This document shows, one piece after another, positions 8,417 to 17,550 of a stretch of DNA of 64,000 nt (the first letter of the stretch is position 1; each line of letters begins with the position of its first letter). The notes beneath the pieces are model-generated. The model did not search any database, was not told the DNA's origin, and was given only the letters and a program-made list of their open reading frames with translations. The translations under genes were made by a program, and so were the position numbers. The DNA is from Sandaracinaceae bacterium (lineage in GTDB: Bacteria > Myxococcota_A > Polyangia > Polyangiales > Sandaracinaceae), in assembly GCA_044220955.1 (NCBI GenBank), contig JBGAQA010000006.1:67909-131908 (forward strand), read 5' to 3'.

Positions 8417-10279
8417 CTACTCCGGCAGCGTGCAGTCGCGTCCGGCGTTCTGTTCTTGCAGGTACGAGAGGAGCGGGCGGTAGTACTCGAGCATCGGCTC
8501 CGCCGTGAGGTCGTGGCCGGTGTGCTCGCGGAGCACCTCGCGCCAGTCGCGGCTCGCGCCCGGGCTCTCGATCGCACGGAGGAAATCTCCGACCTCGGTG
8601 TGGCCGTAGTAGTTACACGAGTGCGGATCCTGGTGGAGGATCTCGCGGCAGATGTGATCGTGCAGTTGGTAGACGAGCACGCTCGCGAGCGCGTAGTCGT
8701 AGTAGCCGGCCGGGTCGTCGTTGATGTGCGTCTTGGTGCACGCGTCGCACCCCGTCGCCGGGCGCTCGCTCGGCGGCGTGACGCCCTGGTAGCGCGCGAC
8801 GTACTGCCACCAGCGCGCGTTGAACTGATCGGGCGGCAGGTCCGTCGCGTAGAGGTCGTGCTCGAAGTGCGACATGACGCCCGCGCTCCAGGGGAGGAAC
8901 GTGATCGGTCCCGTGAGCGCCGAGTCGAGCAGCCACTGCATCTGGTCGATGTGCTGGTCCTCGTGCAAGAGGCCCACCTCGCGCAGGTAGGGCTCCTGCG
9001 ACGCCGCGAGCAGGATCAGGTCGCCCATGCCCTCGTGGTAGCTGCGGTTGGCGCCGTCCCGCAGGAGGTAAGGCACCTCGGGCGTCGAGTACTCCATGAA
9101 GTAGTAGATGTGCCCGAGCTCGTGGTGCGTCGTGGTGAACCACTCCCAGTTCGGCTCGACGCTCATCAGCGAGCGCACGTCGTGGTCGAGGTCGATGTGC
9201 CACGCGCTCGCGTGGTCGTTCTTCTCGCGCGCCTCGCCCTCCGGCACGGGATACAGGTCGCTGCGCTCCCAGAACGTCGGCGGAAGCTGCGGGTACCCGA
9301 GCGACACGTAGAAGCGCTCCGCCTGGTGCACCACCCACTCGGCGTCGTGGCCGGTGATGAGCGCGTCCATGTCCACGCCGTCGACCAGGCCCGGCCAGCT
9401 CTGCGACCAGCGGTTGCCGATCCAGTGCGCGGGGATGAGCTGCGGAGGCTGCGCCACGTGGTAGCGCTCGGCGAGGCGGTAGCGCGCCCAGCAGTGCAGC
9501 TGCGTGTAGAGGGGGCGCGTCTCGACCACGAGACGATCGAGCATCTCCATCATCTCCTGACGGCTCATGCCGTAGTCGGAGACCATGTACGTGAAGTAGT
9601 CGTCGTGGCCCATCGCCCGAGCGACGCCGTTGCGCAGGTCGCGCAGCTCGACCAGGCCGTCGCGCAGCACGCCGCCGACCTCCTTGGCCGCGTCCCAGGC
9701 GTGCAGGCGCGCGTCGAGATCGGTCGAGGTCATCAGCACCTCGTCGATGTCGTTGGTGCTCACGGGCTGCGTGCACGTCTGGTCGGCGGCGCGCGTCATG
9801 CAGAACTGGTAGCCGTCGAGGCGCGCGCTCTGCTCGGCCTCCGCGGCCACGCGGCGCGCGGCGAGCTCGGGCTGCGTCTGGGGCGCCTGCGCGGCGACGA
9901 AGAGCAGGTGGTCGAGCTGCCGGACGGTCAGCGGCGCGAGCTCGCTCCGATGCTCGAGCAGCAGGCGCCCGCGCTCGATCACGTCGACCGCGCCGGTCAT
10001 CTCCGCCATCGCCTGGTCGGCCTGCTGACGCGCGGCCGTGTGCGCGTCGCTCACGTCGGTCGAGGCGACCCACGCCGCCTGCGCGCTGGCCGTGTAGAGG
10101 CGCACGTACTCGGGGTCGTACCAGGCGAGGAACGCGTCGGCCTCCGCCTGCCATCCGGCGCTGCCGCCCTGGAGCGCGGGGACGGTCCGGCGCGCGGTCG
10201 AGCCGGCGGCGCCGCCACAGGCCGAGAGGAGCGCGAGTGCGACGATCCACGAGGAGCGCGTGAAGTTGTGCGAACGCAT
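8417..10279 (-). CDS. M2-family metallopeptidase (ACE-like peptidyl-dipeptidase), lipoprotein
   Basis: 620 aa; lipobox LLSAC; PAHWIGNRWSQSW, HASAW, HHELGHIYY, GANRSYHEGMGD. Confidence 0.92.
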   Translation of the reverse strand: MRSHNFTRSSWIVALALLSACGGAAGSTARRTVPALQGGSAGWQAEADAFLAWYDPEYVRLYTASAQAAWVASTDVSDAHTAARQQADQAMAEMTGAVDVIERGRLLLEHRSELAPLTVRQLDHLLFVAAQAPQTQPELAARRVAAEAEQSARLDGYQFCMTRAADQTCTQPVSTNDIDEVLMTSTDLDARLHAWDAAKEVGGVLRDGLVELRDLRNGVARAMGHDDYFTYMVSDYGMSRQEMMEMLDRLVVETRPLYTQLHCWARYRLAERYHVAQPPQLIPAHWIGNRWSQSWPGLVDGVDMDALITGHDAEWVVHQAERFYVSLGYPQLPPTFWERSDLYPVPEGEAREKNDHASAWHIDLDHDVRSLMSVEPNWEWFTTTHHELGHIYYFMEYSTPEVPYLLRDGANRSYHEGMGDLILLAASQEPYLREVGLLHEDQHIDQMQWLLDSALTGPITFLPWSAGVMSHFEHDLYATDLPPDQFNARWWQYVARYQGVTPPSERPATGCDACTKTHINDDPAGYYDYALASVLVYQLHDHICREILHQDPHSCNYYGHTEVGDFLRAIESPGASRDWREVLREHTGHDLTAEPMLEYYRPLLSYLQEQNAGRDCTLPE

Positions 10280-10344
10280 GGGTCGAACCCTTGCACGCGC
10301 GCCCGGGCGTGGACAAGAGAGCCCGCACCACGGAGGAACGAGCG

Positions 10345-10755
10345 ATGGCGACCCACAGGCACCTTCTCGATCAGGCGCAGATCCACCCGGCCGTCCGCGA
10401 CAAGATCGCGACCTACCAGCGCGATCTCGTCGACGAGGTGCGCGCGGCCGTCGCCAAGAACGACGTGGTCGTCGTGGGGATGAGCCAGAACCCGGCCCCG
10501 CGCCGCGCGTGCCGCCTGCTCAAGCAGAAGAACATCCCGTTCACCTACCTGCAGTACGGCAGCTACCTCTCGCTCTGGCGGCGCCGCCTCGCGCTCAAGA
10601 TGTGGACCGGCTGGCCGACGTTCCCGATGATCTTCGTGAAGGGCGTCATGGTCGGTGGCGCGGACGACCTCGCCAAGCTCGAGGCCTCGGGCGAGCTCGC
10701 CAAGATGCTGGCGGCGCCGCGCTCCGAGGGAGAGCCGCTGGCTCGGGACAACTGA
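10345..10755 (+). CDS. glutaredoxin-like protein
   Basis: GGAGG RBS; WTGWPTFPMIFVKGVMVGGADDL (cis-Pro and GG motifs of the Grx fold). Confidence 0.8.
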   Translation: MATHRHLLDQAQIHPAVRDKIATYQRDLVDEVRAAVAKNDVVVVGMSQNPAPRRACRLLKQKNIPFTYLQYGSYLSLWRRRLALKMWTGWPTFPMIFVKGVMVGGADDLAKLEASGELAKMLAAPRSEGEPLARDN

Positions 10756-10802
10756 TCCGTGCCTCGATCGAAGGACGTCCGCCCGCAGCGCCCGGGACCC
10801 GG

Positions 10803-11060
10803 ATGGCCAGCTCGGCTCCCGTGAGCGAGGGCACCGCGCACGTCCCGCTCGGGGAGGGCCTGCGCGTCGTGACGCTGCGGGTCCGGAGGCAGGACGTCGT
10901 GCTCGTGCGCGGGATCCTCGCCGGCTACGACGGGATCGCGAGCGTGCACGGCGACGAGAGCGGCCTCGTGGCGCTGGTGGCGACGGACTCGACGTTCGAC
11001 GAGCTCGAGGCCATCGTCGCCTCCCTGCCCGCGGGGCTCGTCGTCGAGCGCGTGCGCTGA
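10803..11060 (+). CDS. small hypothetical protein (DUF4911-like)
   Basis: LRVRRQDVVLVRGILAGYDGIASV resembles DUF4911; 85 aa. Confidence 0.6.
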   Translation: MASSAPVSEGTAHVPLGEGLRVVTLRVRRQDVVLVRGILAGYDGIASVHGDESGLVALVATDSTFDELEAIVASLPAGLVVERVR

Positions 11061-11068
11061 GCCGGCCG

Positions 11069-11443
11069 TCACGCGCTGGCGCGCCAGGCCTTCGCCAGTC
11101 CGCCCGTGAGCACGAAGCGCGGGAAGGTCACCAGCTGCTCGAGGAGGATGCGGCCGATCGCGTCGGCGGGCCCCGAGAAAGGCACGGGCGGCGAGAGCTC
11201 CAACGCGTGACCGCGCCCCTGCGCGATCATCGCCACGGCCATCGCCGCGACCCCGCCCAGGACGCGCAAGACGATCGCCACGAGCGAGCCGGCGAGCGGC
11301 GCCGTGAGCACGCCGAAGAAGCCCGCCACGAAGATCGGCTGAGTCACGAGGTGGATGACGAGGTTTCTCCGGCTGCCGTGATAGGTCGGGTAGCCCTTCC
11401 ACTGCCACGCGAGGAGGCCCGGGCTGCGATCGGCGATGCTCAC
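11069..11443 (-). CDS. DUF962/Mpo1-like membrane protein
   Basis: YPTYHGSRRNLVIHLV, QGRGHALE, two TM helices. Confidence 0.7.
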   Translation of the reverse strand: MSIADRSPGLLAWQWKGYPTYHGSRRNLVIHLVTQPIFVAGFFGVLTAPLAGSLVAIVLRVLGGVAAMAVAMIAQGRGHALELSPPVPFSGPADAIGRILLEQLVTFPRFVLTGGLAKAWRASA

Positions 11444-11508
11444 GCGTCGAGCATAGCCGGGGGGAGGGCGGTTGCCGCACCGGCGGCGTCGTGAGAAGAA
11501 AGGCCACG

Positions 11509-12594
11509 ATGCGTGCCCTCGGCCTCTGCTGTCTCGCGCTGCTCGCGCTCCCCGCGCTCGCGGCCGCCCAGCACACGGACCCGACCACGCCCCCGCCCGT
11601 CACGGACGCGCCTCCCGTCGCTCCGCCCTCGTCCGACGACGCCGCTCGGCGCGCGCAGGTCGTGGCCCGCGTCGGCGACGTCACGATCACGCTCGGCCAG
11701 GTCGAGGACGAGGTGAACCACCAGTCACCGTTCATGCGCGTCCGCATGCGCAGCGGCACCGCCCTGCGCGACCACGTCACCGAGATGATCCGCATGGAGC
11801 TGCTCGCGCGCGAGGCCGCGCGCCGCGGCTACGGTGACGACCGCGAGGTGACCGACGCCGTCCGCCAGACGTCGGTGCAGCTCCTCATCCGCCACGACTT
11901 CGACGAGCGCATCACGGCGGCGTCGATCCCCTCGGAGGACGTGCGCGCGTACTACGACGAGCACCCCGCCGAGTTCAGCCAGCCGGAGATGCGCCGCGCG
12001 AGCCAGATCGTGCTCGCGACGCGCCTCGAGGCCGACGCGCTGATCGAAGAGGCCCGCGCCGCGGACGCGCGCGCGTTCCGGGTGCTCGTGACGGATCACA
12101 GCGTGGACGCCGAGACGCGCATCCGTGGCGGCGACCTCCGGTACTTCGACGCCGAGGGCCACACGCCGAACGCGGCCGACCCCGACGTGCCGCTCGAGGC
12201 CGCGCACGCGGCGTTCGCGCTCACCAACGTGGGCGACGTCTCCGACGTCATCGCCGAGGGCTCTCGCTTCGCCATCGTGGAGCTCACGGGCATCCGCGCG
12301 GCCGAGCACCGCACGCTCTCGGAGGCCGACGCCGCGATCCGCACGCGCCTCTGGCGCACGACGCGTCAGGCCGCCCTCGAGACCTTCGTCGACGGACTGC
12401 GCGAGCGGATCCACACGGAGGTCTTCTACGACCTCATGCGCGGCATCCACATGGAGGCGCCGGAGCGCTCGAGCACCGACCCGCTGCCTGCCGACCCCGA
12501 CGAGGTCGAGCCGGCAGACCCGAGCGCGACCCCCGCGCTCACGCCCGACCAGGTGCTGGGTGGGCCGCCGCCCGCGTCGGCGCCCGCGCAATAG
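11509..12594 (+). CDS. secreted PpiC/parvulin-type peptidyl-prolyl isomerase (PrsA/SurA-like chaperone)
   Basis: AGAAAGG RBS, signal peptide, VVARVGDVTIT, YYDEHPAEF.QPEMRRASQI, HSVD..T..RGGDLRYF, AFAL..VGDVSDVI. Confidence 0.85.
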   Translation: MRALGLCCLALLALPALAAAQHTDPTTPPPVTDAPPVAPPSSDDAARRAQVVARVGDVTITLGQVEDEVNHQSPFMRVRMRSGTALRDHVTEMIRMELLAREAARRGYGDDREVTDAVRQTSVQLLIRHDFDERITAASIPSEDVRAYYDEHPAEFSQPEMRRASQIVLATRLEADALIEEARAADARAFRVLVTDHSVDAETRIRGGDLRYFDAEGHTPNAADPDVPLEAAHAAFALTNVGDVSDVIAEGSRFAIVELTGIRAAEHRTLSEADAAIRTRLWRTTRQAALETFVDGLRERIHTEVFYDLMRGIHMEAPERSSTDPLPADPDEVEPADPSATPALTPDQVLGGPPPASAPAQ

Positions 12595-12643
12595 CCTCGA
12601 CCGCAGCGCAGCGGAGTAGTATCCGCGCCGGGGAGCGAACGGC

Positions 12644-13483
12644 ATGGAAGACTACTCGGGAGTGATCGGCGGCCTGGTCGTGCTGGGGCTGATCTTCGGC
12701 GGCATCGGGTTTCTCTACGTGCTCGGCGGGTTCTTCATCGTGCAGCCGCGCACGCAGGTCGTGGTGCTCCGCTTCGGCAAGTACCAGCACACGATCACCA
12801 ACGAGGGCATCCGGTACGTCTTCCCGCTCGGCCGACGCCTGTACCGCCTCTCGAGCCAGCTGATCAGCGTGGACCTGCCGCGCAACATGGTGCTCGAGGC
12901 CAACGGCAATCCGATCGAGGTCTCGGCCGTCTGCCTCTACCGCGTGAAGGAGGCGCAGAAGGCCGTCCTCGAGATCGAGGACTACCACCAGTACGTGACG
13001 CTCCTGGCGACCTGCGTCGTCAAGAACGTGTGCTCGCACTACCCCTACGAGTCGCCCGATCCGCACGCGCCCTGCCTCAAGAAGGAGAGCAAGGAGGTGT
13101 CCGACCACCTCGTGCGCGAGCTGAACGAGCTCGCGGCGCCCGCCGGGATCGAGATCCACGAGGTGCGCCTGAACGACCTGACCTACGCGCCCGAGATCGC
13201 GCAGTCGATGCTCATGCGCCAGCAGGCGATGGCGATGGTCGACGCGCGTCGCACGATCGTCGAGGGCGCGACCGCGACGGTGACCGACGCTGCGCGCCGC
13301 ATGCGCGACGAAGGGATCGAGCTCACCCAGGGCCACGCGGAGTCGTTCGTGGCCAACCTGATGCTCGTGCTCTGCTCGGGCGAGCGCGTGACGACGGTGC
13401 TGCCGATCGATCTCGATCCGCAGGAGGCCGCCGGCGGCGCCACGGTGAAGCCAGCCACGCTCGCCAGCGGAGGTGCGGCATGA
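12644..13483 (+). CDS. SPFH (band 7) domain membrane protein
   Basis: N-terminal TM, GFFIVQP, FGKY, GNPIEVSAV, LTYAPEIAQSMLMRQQA..VDARRTIVEGA. Confidence 0.88.
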   Translation: MEDYSGVIGGLVVLGLIFGGIGFLYVLGGFFIVQPRTQVVVLRFGKYQHTITNEGIRYVFPLGRRLYRLSSQLISVDLPRNMVLEANGNPIEVSAVCLYRVKEAQKAVLEIEDYHQYVTLLATCVVKNVCSHYPYESPDPHAPCLKKESKEVSDHLVRELNELAAPAGIEIHEVRLNDLTYAPEIAQSMLMRQQAMAMVDARRTIVEGATATVTDAARRMRDEGIELTQGHAESFVANLMLVLCSGERVTTVLPIDLDPQEAAGGATVKPATLASGGAA

Positions 13484-14274
13484 GCGCCGACGACTTCATG
13501 GGGATGCTCTGCGTCCTGGGCATCCTGGGCGGGATCGCGTTCATCCCTGCCTGGTCGTTCTTCCTTCGCGGCTTCTTCGTGGTCGAGCCGCGCCAGGCGC
13601 ACGTGCTGCTCTACTGGGGCAAGTACCGTCGCACGATCGACTCGCCCGGGCTGCACTGGGTGTTCCCGCTCGGGCTCGACCGCCGCATCCTGCACACGCG
13701 CGACGTCGTGCTCCAGATCCCGCTGACGACCGTCGTCGAGCAGCACGGCAACCCGATCCAGGTCTCGGCGGTCGCCATCTACCGCGTGAAGGACCCGGCG
13801 CGCGCGCTGATCGACGTTCAGGGCTACCAGCGCTACGTGCAGAACCAGGCCAGCGCGGTGCTCAAGAGCGTCTGCGCGCACTACCCGTACGAGGCGCGCG
13901 ACCCGCGGCAGCCCTGCCTCAAGAAAGAGAGCGACGAGGTGCTCGACGCGCTCCGGGCGAACCTGCAGAAAGGCGTCGACAACGCGGGCATCGAGGTCGT
14001 GCTCGTGCGGCTCAACGACCTCACCTACGCGCCCGAGATCGCCCAGAGCATGCTGCTCCGGCAGCAGGCCCAGGCGATGGTCGACGCGCGCAGGACGCTG
14101 GTCGAGGGCGCGGTCCACACGACGGCCGACGCGCTCGCGCGGCTCGGCAAGGCGGGGATCACCCTCGCCGCGCCGACGCGGATGCGGCTCTCGACCAGCC
14201 TCACGCTGCTTCTCTGCGCAGGGGATCGCGAGAGCCATCAGGGCGGCGGCGGTCGGCGCACTGGACACGCGTAG
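13480..14274 (+). CDS. SPFH (band 7) domain membrane protein, paralog of the upstream gene
   Basis: ATGA overlap with a GGAGG RBS; the same motifs (GNPIQVSAV, HYPYE..PCLKKES, LTYAPEIAQSML). Confidence 0.88.
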   Translation: MSADDFMGMLCVLGILGGIAFIPAWSFFLRGFFVVEPRQAHVLLYWGKYRRTIDSPGLHWVFPLGLDRRILHTRDVVLQIPLTTVVEQHGNPIQVSAVAIYRVKDPARALIDVQGYQRYVQNQASAVLKSVCAHYPYEARDPRQPCLKKESDEVLDALRANLQKGVDNAGIEVVLVRLNDLTYAPEIAQSMLLRQQAQAMVDARRTLVEGAVHTTADALARLGKAGITLAAPTRMRLSTSLTLLLCAGDRESHQGGGGRRTGHA

Positions 14275-14339
14275 CGCGAAGCGAGCTTCCGCGGGGCGGT
14301 GCGCGCGGGGTACGCTCCGCCGACCGAGGGGAGGGCCCG

Positions 14340-14678
14340 ATGACGACACGACGAGAGCTACTGATCGGGGCGGCGAGCCTGGCGCTGGTGCCGGCGTGCG
14401 GGACCAGCACGACCTCGGGCATGCGCGACGCGCCTGCGGGGCCCACGTGCTCGAGCCAGATCTCGGCCAACCACGGGCACGTGCTGAGCGTGCCGGGGGC
14501 GGACCTCGCCGCGACGCGCGACCACGACTACAACATCGCGGGCTCTGCCGGGCACAGCCACACGGTCACGCTCACGCAGGCTCAGCTCACGATGCTCGCG
14601 TCGGGCGCGACCGTCACCGTGACGTCCACCCTCGGCGGCGGTCACACCCACGACTGCACGGTCCACTGCACGGGCTGA
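14340..14678 (+). CDS. small Tat-lipoprotein with three HxH motifs
   Basis: MTTRRELL..ALVPAC; NHGH, GHSH, GHTH; GGAGG RBS. Confidence 0.75.
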   Translation: MTTRRELLIGAASLALVPACGTSTTSGMRDAPAGPTCSSQISANHGHVLSVPGADLAATRDHDYNIAGSAGHSHTVTLTQAQLTMLASGATVTVTSTLGGGHTHDCTVHCTG

Positions 14679-14688
14679 CGCGCTCGCG

Positions 14689-15423
14689 TCAGGCCGCCAC
14701 GGGCTCGAGCAACCCCTCGGCCCGCAACATGCTCGTGCGCAGCGGCGCGTAGTCGCCGACGGGCTCGATCCCGAGCAGGCCGCGCACGGTCTCGATCGGC
14801 AGCGGCAGCAGCGACTCCCAGTCGAGCGCCGGGAGCCAGCGCGCCGCGTGCCCGCGGCGGACGCCGCCTGCGATCATCCCCACCGCGCCGAGCTGCCGGA
14901 TGCGGAGCAGGCCCGTCAGCACGATCATCGCGATCCCGGGGTTGCCCGTCTGCGCGAGGCTGAAGCCCAGGAGCGAGGCCTCGCCGAGCAGGTCGCCCTT
15001 GTACCCCGTGACCGTGTGCCAGAGGTCGTGCGTGTCGCGCATGCGCGCGGCGATGTAGTCCAGGTCTCCCCCCTTCTCGCGCAGGCCGCTCTCGCCCGCG
15101 GCGCTCGCCTCGACGAGGCCGTCGGCCGTGATGCCCTCGCTCTGAACGAACCCGAGGTACGCGTGCGCGAGAGAGCCCGCCGGCATCGCGCGCAGGCGCT
15201 CGCGATCCGCGAGGACGGGGACGATGTCGGGGCGCTCGGCGAGGAGCCGCCGACCGTGAGCGTCGTCGCGGAAGCCGCGCAGCATGCGCGCAGGGGCACG
15301 GCCCGAGAGCGACTCGATGATGGTGAAGACCTGGGCCGTGTCGTCCGGGTTCCGGGTGAGGGCGACCATCGCCGCGAGCGCGCGCTGGGGGTCGAGGCGA
15401 AACGCAGCTTCTTCGTGGGTCAT
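14689..15423 (-). CDS. Coq4-family protein
   Basis: NPDDTAQVF, MPAGSLAHAY..F, RMRDTHDLWHTVTGY..DLLGE (HDxxH-x11-E); AGGAG RBS before ATG 15423. Confidence 0.85.
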   Translation of the reverse strand: MTHEEAAFRLDPQRALAAMVALTRNPDDTAQVFTIIESLSGRAPARMLRGFRDDAHGRRLLAERPDIVPVLADRERLRAMPAGSLAHAYLGFVQSEGITADGLVEASAAGESGLREKGGDLDYIAARMRDTHDLWHTVTGYKGDLLGEASLLGFSLAQTGNPGIAMIVLTGLLRIRQLGAVGMIAGGVRRGHAARWLPALDWESLLPLPIETVRGLLGIEPVGDYAPLRTSMLRAEGLLEPVAA

Positions 15424-15440
15424 CGGCTCATCTCCTGTTA

Positions 15441-15480
15441 TCGACAATCATGTAGATAGTGCTGTCTACAGGATTGTCAA
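15441..15480. promoter_or_regulatory. palindromic operator, probably for the adjacent TetR
   Basis: GACAATC-A-TGTAGA-N8-TCTACA-G-GATTGTC inverted repeat in the AT-rich gap between divergent genes; includes TTGACA on the minus strand. Confidence 0.7.
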
Positions 15481-15510
15481 CAGAATGCGAGCCGTGCCAT
15501 GCTCGCAGGC

Positions 15511-16155
15511 ATGCGGAGGGGGCGGATCGCCCAGAAAACCAGGGTCAGGCGCACGGCCGAGGATGCGCGAGCCGCGATCCTCGACGCCGCCGAGGCGCGC
15601 CTGCGCGCGGTCGGCCCCGGCGGCATCCGGCTCCAGGACGTCGCCCGCGACGTCGGCGTGGCGCACCCGACCGTGCTGCACCACTTCGGGAGCCGCGACG
15701 CTCTGGTGCGGTCGGTGATCGAGCGACGAATCGGCTCGCTCGAGCGGGATCTCCTCACGGAGATGACCATCACCGCCGGCAAGGACGAGAACCCGGTCGT
15801 CGGGATGCTGGAGTCCGTCGCGCGCACGCTCGGGCCCGGCGGGCACGCGCGCGTCGTGGCGTGGCTCGCGCTCTCCGGGCACGCTGCGCGCAAGGAGGAC
15901 GGCGCCGGGTTCGACGCGATCGCGCGCGCGACGCAGGAGCTGCGCACGGCGCGGTGGAAGCCGCGCGGCAAGGCCCCCGACTTCGAGGACACGTACTTCA
16001 CGGTCCTGCTCGGCGGGCTCGCGATGTTCGGCGACGCGATCGCGGGCCCGCTCTTCCGCGGCGAGCCGGATCCCGCGGTGTCGGCGAAGACGAGCGCTCG
16101 CTTTCGCGCGTGGCTCGCGGCCATCCTCAAGTCGCACCTCGAGAATGGCGGATAG
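15511..16155 (+). CDS. TetR/AcrR-family transcriptional regulator
   Basis: RAAILDAAEARL..GPGGIRLQDVARDVGVAHPTVLHHFGSRDAL. Confidence 0.92.
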   Translation: MRRGRIAQKTRVRRTAEDARAAILDAAEARLRAVGPGGIRLQDVARDVGVAHPTVLHHFGSRDALVRSVIERRIGSLERDLLTEMTITAGKDENPVVGMLESVARTLGPGGHARVVAWLALSGHAARKEDGAGFDAIARATQELRTARWKPRGKAPDFEDTYFTVLLGGLAMFGDAIAGPLFRGEPDPAVSAKTSARFRAWLAAILKSHLENGG

Positions 16156-16185
16156 CGCCTCGTCGTACTAGGGAGGCCACGCGTC

Positions 16186-17550
16186 ATGTCCGACGAGAGC
16201 CCGCGCTTCCACGACACGGCCGCCGGGATCCCCTCGCCCGGCCTCGCGCTCGACGAGCGGGGCGATGCGCGCGTGGACGTGGTGCTCCGCCTCATCGACG
16301 AGGCCTCGCGCCCGCGCCCGCTGCCCGAGGTGCTCGCCGCGCTCTGCGCGGACGTGAGCACGGCGATGCCCGCCGAGATCGTCTCGTTCTACCTGCGCGA
16401 GCGCAGCGGCGAGGGGGAGCAGCTGCGCATGGTCGCCAACGTCGGGTTCCCGGCGGGCGCCGCGAGCAAGGTCCGACTGCGGATCGGCGAGGGAGTCACC
16501 GGCCACGTCGCCGAGTCGCTCCGCCCCGCCAGCCTACGGCTCGCCGTCGCCGACGCGCACTACAAGCACTTCCCGGGTCTCGGCGAGGAGAACTTCCCGA
16601 TCTTCCTGGCGATCCCCGTCCTGGTCGGGCGGCGCGCGGAGGGCGTGCTGGTCCTGCAGCGCAAGGACGGCGCGTTCGACGATGCGGAGGTCGTGCTCGC
16701 GACGGCGCTCGCGACCTCGTTCGCGTACGCCCTCGAGCGTGCCCGCGACCGGCGATCGGACACGGAGGCCGAGCAGGCGCGGGTGGCGCTGCTCCCGGGC
16801 ACGCCTCTTTCTCCCGGCGATGCTCTCGGCCGGCTCGAGACCCTGCCGACCTTCGAGGGTCTCGCGGCGCTCGAGCGCGCGGAGCTGGGCGACGAGGCCG
16901 ACGCGACGACGTCTGAGCCGAGCGCGCGGCGGCGGCAGCGTATCGAGGACGCGCATGCCTCGCTCGTCCGCGATCTCGGCAAGACGCGGAAGAAGCTCGC
17001 GAGTGATCTCGGCGACGCGACACGCGCGCAGCTCGCCGGGCTCGCGCTCCTCGAGGAGGACGGGCGCCTGCTCGAGTCGCTCGCCGACGCGGCCTCGACG
17101 TCGAACCTCCCGCTGGGCGTGCGCAAGGTGGCCCGCGAGTACGCACAGGCGCTCTACCGCCGCGGCGCAGATCCGGGCGCCTGGCAGGAGGGGCGCGCCG
17201 AGGAAGTGGAGGATTTCTGCCTCCTCGTCGCGGCGCGCGCCGTCGGGGCCCGCGTGCCCAGCGGCAACGCGGTGCTCCTGCTCCCGGAGCGCCTGTCGGC
17301 GACGGTGGTCGTCGCGGCCGTCGCACACCGGACGGAGGCGATCGCCGTCGCGAACCGCGTCGATGCGTCGTCTGCCGCGATCGCGCTCGCGCGCGCGGGC
17401 GCGCTCCCGGTGGTCGGTGACGTCGGCGGGCTCTTCGCGTGGGCTCGCGCGGGCGACGTGCTCCTCGTGGAGGGCCACGCGGGGACCGTGCGCGTCAACC
17501 CCTCGCCGACGCAGATCGCTCGCTTCCGTCAGCGCGAGCGCGAGCGGTGA
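16186..17550 (+). CDS. GAF-domain protein resembling the N-terminal part of PtsP (EI-Ntr), degenerate
   Basis: GAF (VRLRIGEGVTGHVAE, HYKHFPGLGEENFPIFLAIP, GVLVLQ); GTPLSPGDALG; swivel-like tail LARAGALPVVG..GDVLLVEGHAGTVRVNPS; no PEP-binding barrel. Confidence 0.7.
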   Translation: MSDESPRFHDTAAGIPSPGLALDERGDARVDVVLRLIDEASRPRPLPEVLAALCADVSTAMPAEIVSFYLRERSGEGEQLRMVANVGFPAGAASKVRLRIGEGVTGHVAESLRPASLRLAVADAHYKHFPGLGEENFPIFLAIPVLVGRRAEGVLVLQRKDGAFDDAEVVLATALATSFAYALERARDRRSDTEAEQARVALLPGTPLSPGDALGRLETLPTFEGLAALERAELGDEADATTSEPSARRRQRIEDAHASLVRDLGKTRKKLASDLGDATRAQLAGLALLEEDGRLLESLADAASTSNLPLGVRKVAREYAQALYRRGADPGAWQEGRAEEVEDFCLLVAARAVGARVPSGNAVLLLPERLSATVVVAAVAHRTEAIAVANRVDASSAAIALARAGALPVVGDVGGLFAWARAGDVLLVEGHAGTVRVNPSPTQIARFRQRERER

